A stretch of DNA of 63,627 nt, the filler included, from Octopus bimaculoides (Eukaryota): the NCBI RefSeq assembly GCF_001194135.2. It is 5 parts of 4 records of this genome, joined end to end, with 100 filler letters (N's around TTAATTAATTAA, not from the genome) between each part and the next. Parts side by side here need not be neighbours in the genome. Positions count along the whole stretch, not along the records: positions 56,653 to 63,627 come from NC_068984.1; 4 more parts are not named here. One strand, 5' to 3'. Shown piece after piece: positions 61,340-63,627 of this stretch. The notes under the pieces were generated by a model. It worked only from the letters and a program-made list of their open reading frames with translations. It was not told the DNA's origin and did not search any database. Positions within the stretch are counted from its first letter, which is position 1. Every line of letters starts with the position of its first letter. A program made the position numbers and the translations under genes.

Positions 61340-61990
61340 GTTGCACACATCACCAAATGTATCATTTGCTGATTAAGTATCATTAAATATAAGAACGGTA
61401 GTTCTTAGGGAGCAATGAACGATGGATTCAGTGTTCGTAGCTGATGAAGGGTAACGACGCAAAAACGCATTCATCCAACGATTTGATGACGTCAACCAGA
61501 GCCCAATGATGTATTTTCATACACATTGTCTATGAGGAGAATTTTTTTCCCGAGACTATTTTCTCAGCGAAAGTTCTTCCACGTCCGAATGTATTCGAAC
61601 GTGTTAAATATGATTGCACACCAGTATATTTCATTCATCACTGCTTCGTGCACTACTTGAAAAAAGCTTTGCACATAATAACAAATGTACTATTTGCTAT
61701 TTAAATAAAAGAACGTCCGTTCTTAGTGGGCTTTGAACAACAGATTCGATGTCCGTAGCCGACGAAGCGTAAAGACACTGTAACGCATGCATTCCTATGT
61801 CACCTGATGACGTCTTTTTTTAAAATATTATTATTCCAGTAGTGTGTTTCCACACATATTGTCTATAAAGTAGAATTTTGTCCCGAGACAGTTTTCGCAG
61901 CGAAAGACTTCCCACTTTTACATGTACACGAACATATATATATAACTGTACACAACTATATAGGCAATTCGTATTACTCAGCTATTTAAT
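61340..61990 (+). repeat. Two diverged tandem ~325-bp units, each with a decayed hammerhead-like core
   Basis: Units at ~61340-61667 and ~61668-61990 share aagaac..gttcttag, gtagc(t/c)ga(t/c)gaag(g/c)gtaa, cattgtctat, cccgagac and gcgaaag. Confidence 0.75.
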
Positions 61991-62644
61991 ACATTTATGA
62001 GTCGAATGTCCTTTCCGTCGTTTAGAACTTTTGATAGCATTAGATATTTGATTGTGTGTCTGCATGATTAGTGTTGGTTCTATCATTTTGTAAATCAGAA
62101 TTTCAATAAATAAGAGCAAATATATAAATTTAAAAGATGTGTGATTTTAAAATAGACACTCTCTACATATTACAGTTGACATTTCACTAAATGAAATAAA
62201 CGCAGATGTATTAATTTGAAAGATGTGTAATTTTTACATAGACACTTCCTACATATTATAGTTGATGTTTCGTGGATGTAAATTTATCGGAAATAGTTCA
62301 AATCGTATCACTGTTGGAAGGTCTACTGCTCTGTCAAGATGTCGTCCTGAACCTAGTAAAAAGTTAAGTTTTGTCGACCGTCTGTGAAACGTTATCAAAA
62401 GCTACAGAATTCAATCAGCTTTCTTGTAGATAAACTCCATCTGGACACACGCACACACACACACACGTACACNNNNNNNNNNNNNNNNNNNNNNNNNNNN
62501 NNNNNNNNNNNNNNNNNNNNNNNNNNNNNNNNNNNNNNNNNNNNNNNNNNNNNNNNNNNNNNNNNNNNNNNNNNNNNNNNNNNNNNNNNNNNNNNNNNNN
62601 NNNNNNNNNNNNNNNNNNNNNTTGAATGCAGCTTCTGATAACTT

Positions 62645-62647
62645 TTA

Positions 62648-62729
<82 letters not shown>

Positions 62730-62770
62730 ATTTGTATGTATGTATGTATGTATGTATGTATGTATGTATC
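62645..62770. repeat. (TTTC)n followed by (TATG)n
   Basis: Direct reading. Confidence 0.95.
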
Positions 62771-63149
62771 CATATTCTTTTTCATGAGATATGCACTTAA
62801 ACTTCTCACCTGATAACTGTTATCTGCAAGTATTCAGGCTGGACTTTTCTGATAAATATTAAGTCCTAGTATTTTTCGTTAATATTTCGACATTACCCTG
62901 TTTCAGTCTCACAAACTATTCTTATCTCTTTCCAAGTAATTTGTAAATGGCGCGCATTAAAAAAAAAACCACACGATATTCCAAGTAGTCAATACGGACG
63001 GTTTCGCAATCGCCATCTACTGAGAAATCTCCCAGGAACTCTGATTAGCTTTTTCATCAATTTCTGCAACAATTGTTGTAATTATGAAGAGATTAAAGAA
63101 TAAACAAAATACAGAGTAAAAAATAATTAGGAAAACTTCAGTAAATCAA

Positions 63150-63530
63150 TTAAAAAATATAGAAGCAAAAACTTCCTGTTGCAAAAACTATTCTTTCGTA
63201 ATCTGTAAGCTTGAATTTTATGTTAATTTTTTTCTCTTCAGTATTTCATTGTATATTATAATTTCTTTCGACTTAAGGATTAGGCTTATTTGTTTATCCA
63301 TCCATCGATAGAGTTGATTAAATTAACTCCAGTATCTTATTGGTAGTTACTCTGTTGTTTCCGAAAGAATGAACTAATAACTTCCGTTGTTGAAAAACAT
63401 CTAGTCTGGTGGTTATGCCATCTTTGTTATAAATTCACTGAATCCGAAGCCGCTGGAATAATGTTATTTTGTTTGAATAAAAGGCTTCGAAAATTGCTTT
63501 GCTACGGAGATTCATCATTTGGAATCGTAT
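63150..63530 (-). mobile_element. Probable Penelope-like element N-terminal fragment
   Basis: Minus frame MMNLRSKAIFEAF...KKINIKFKLTDYERIVFATGSFC resembles the PLE pre-RT 'vNlSxxxLTxxExxvLxKGlxF' block. Several stops. Confidence 0.5.
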
Positions 63531-63575
63531 ATAACTGTCTTTTAAATATAATTCTGAGTTTCAGTGGATGACTTT

Positions 63576-63606
63576 TGTCCAGAAACGGTTTAACCGTTTC
63601 TGGACA
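63576..63606. repeat. Perfect 31-bp palindrome (15-bp arms, 1-nt centre)
   Basis: TGTCCAGAAACGGTT-T-AACCGTTTCTGGACA. Confidence 0.97.
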
Positions 63607-63627
63607 CAATATATATATATATATATA

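Overview
AT-rich, gap-ridden eukaryotic DNA. The SINE families and microsatellite density suggest an octopod cephalopod, but that is inference and I ran no search. I found no intact protein-coding gene. Four identical N44-TTAATTAATTAA-N44 linkers (21635-21734, 39412-39511, 44371-44470, 56553-56652) are artificial joins, so the window is five segments whose adjacency is unproven. Content: (1) a composite satellite of 10-mer, ~21-mer and degenerate 4-mer arrays at 1-6000, with an inverted, fold-back relative at 20865-21634; (2) two tandem, intron-bearing, divergent alpha-tubulin pseudogene copies on the minus strand (25033-27548) carrying complementary deletions; (3) transposon fossils: several Penelope-like elements (RT, GIY-YIG), mariner D34D, maT-type D37D, hAT and Tc1/mariner MITEs, Helitron, RTE LINE and many tRNA-derived SINEs; (4) hammerhead-ribozyme-like motifs, two beside a Penelope-like element and a decayed pair in a ~325-bp tandem repeat (retrozyme-like); (5) a possible ancient parvovirus/densovirus-like SF3 helicase fossil at ~37430-38030; (6) unclassified elements: a TIR element embedded in (TA)n, a ~335-bp hairpin-rich insert between 22-bp direct repeats, a three-helix structure, and a perfect 31-bp palindrome.
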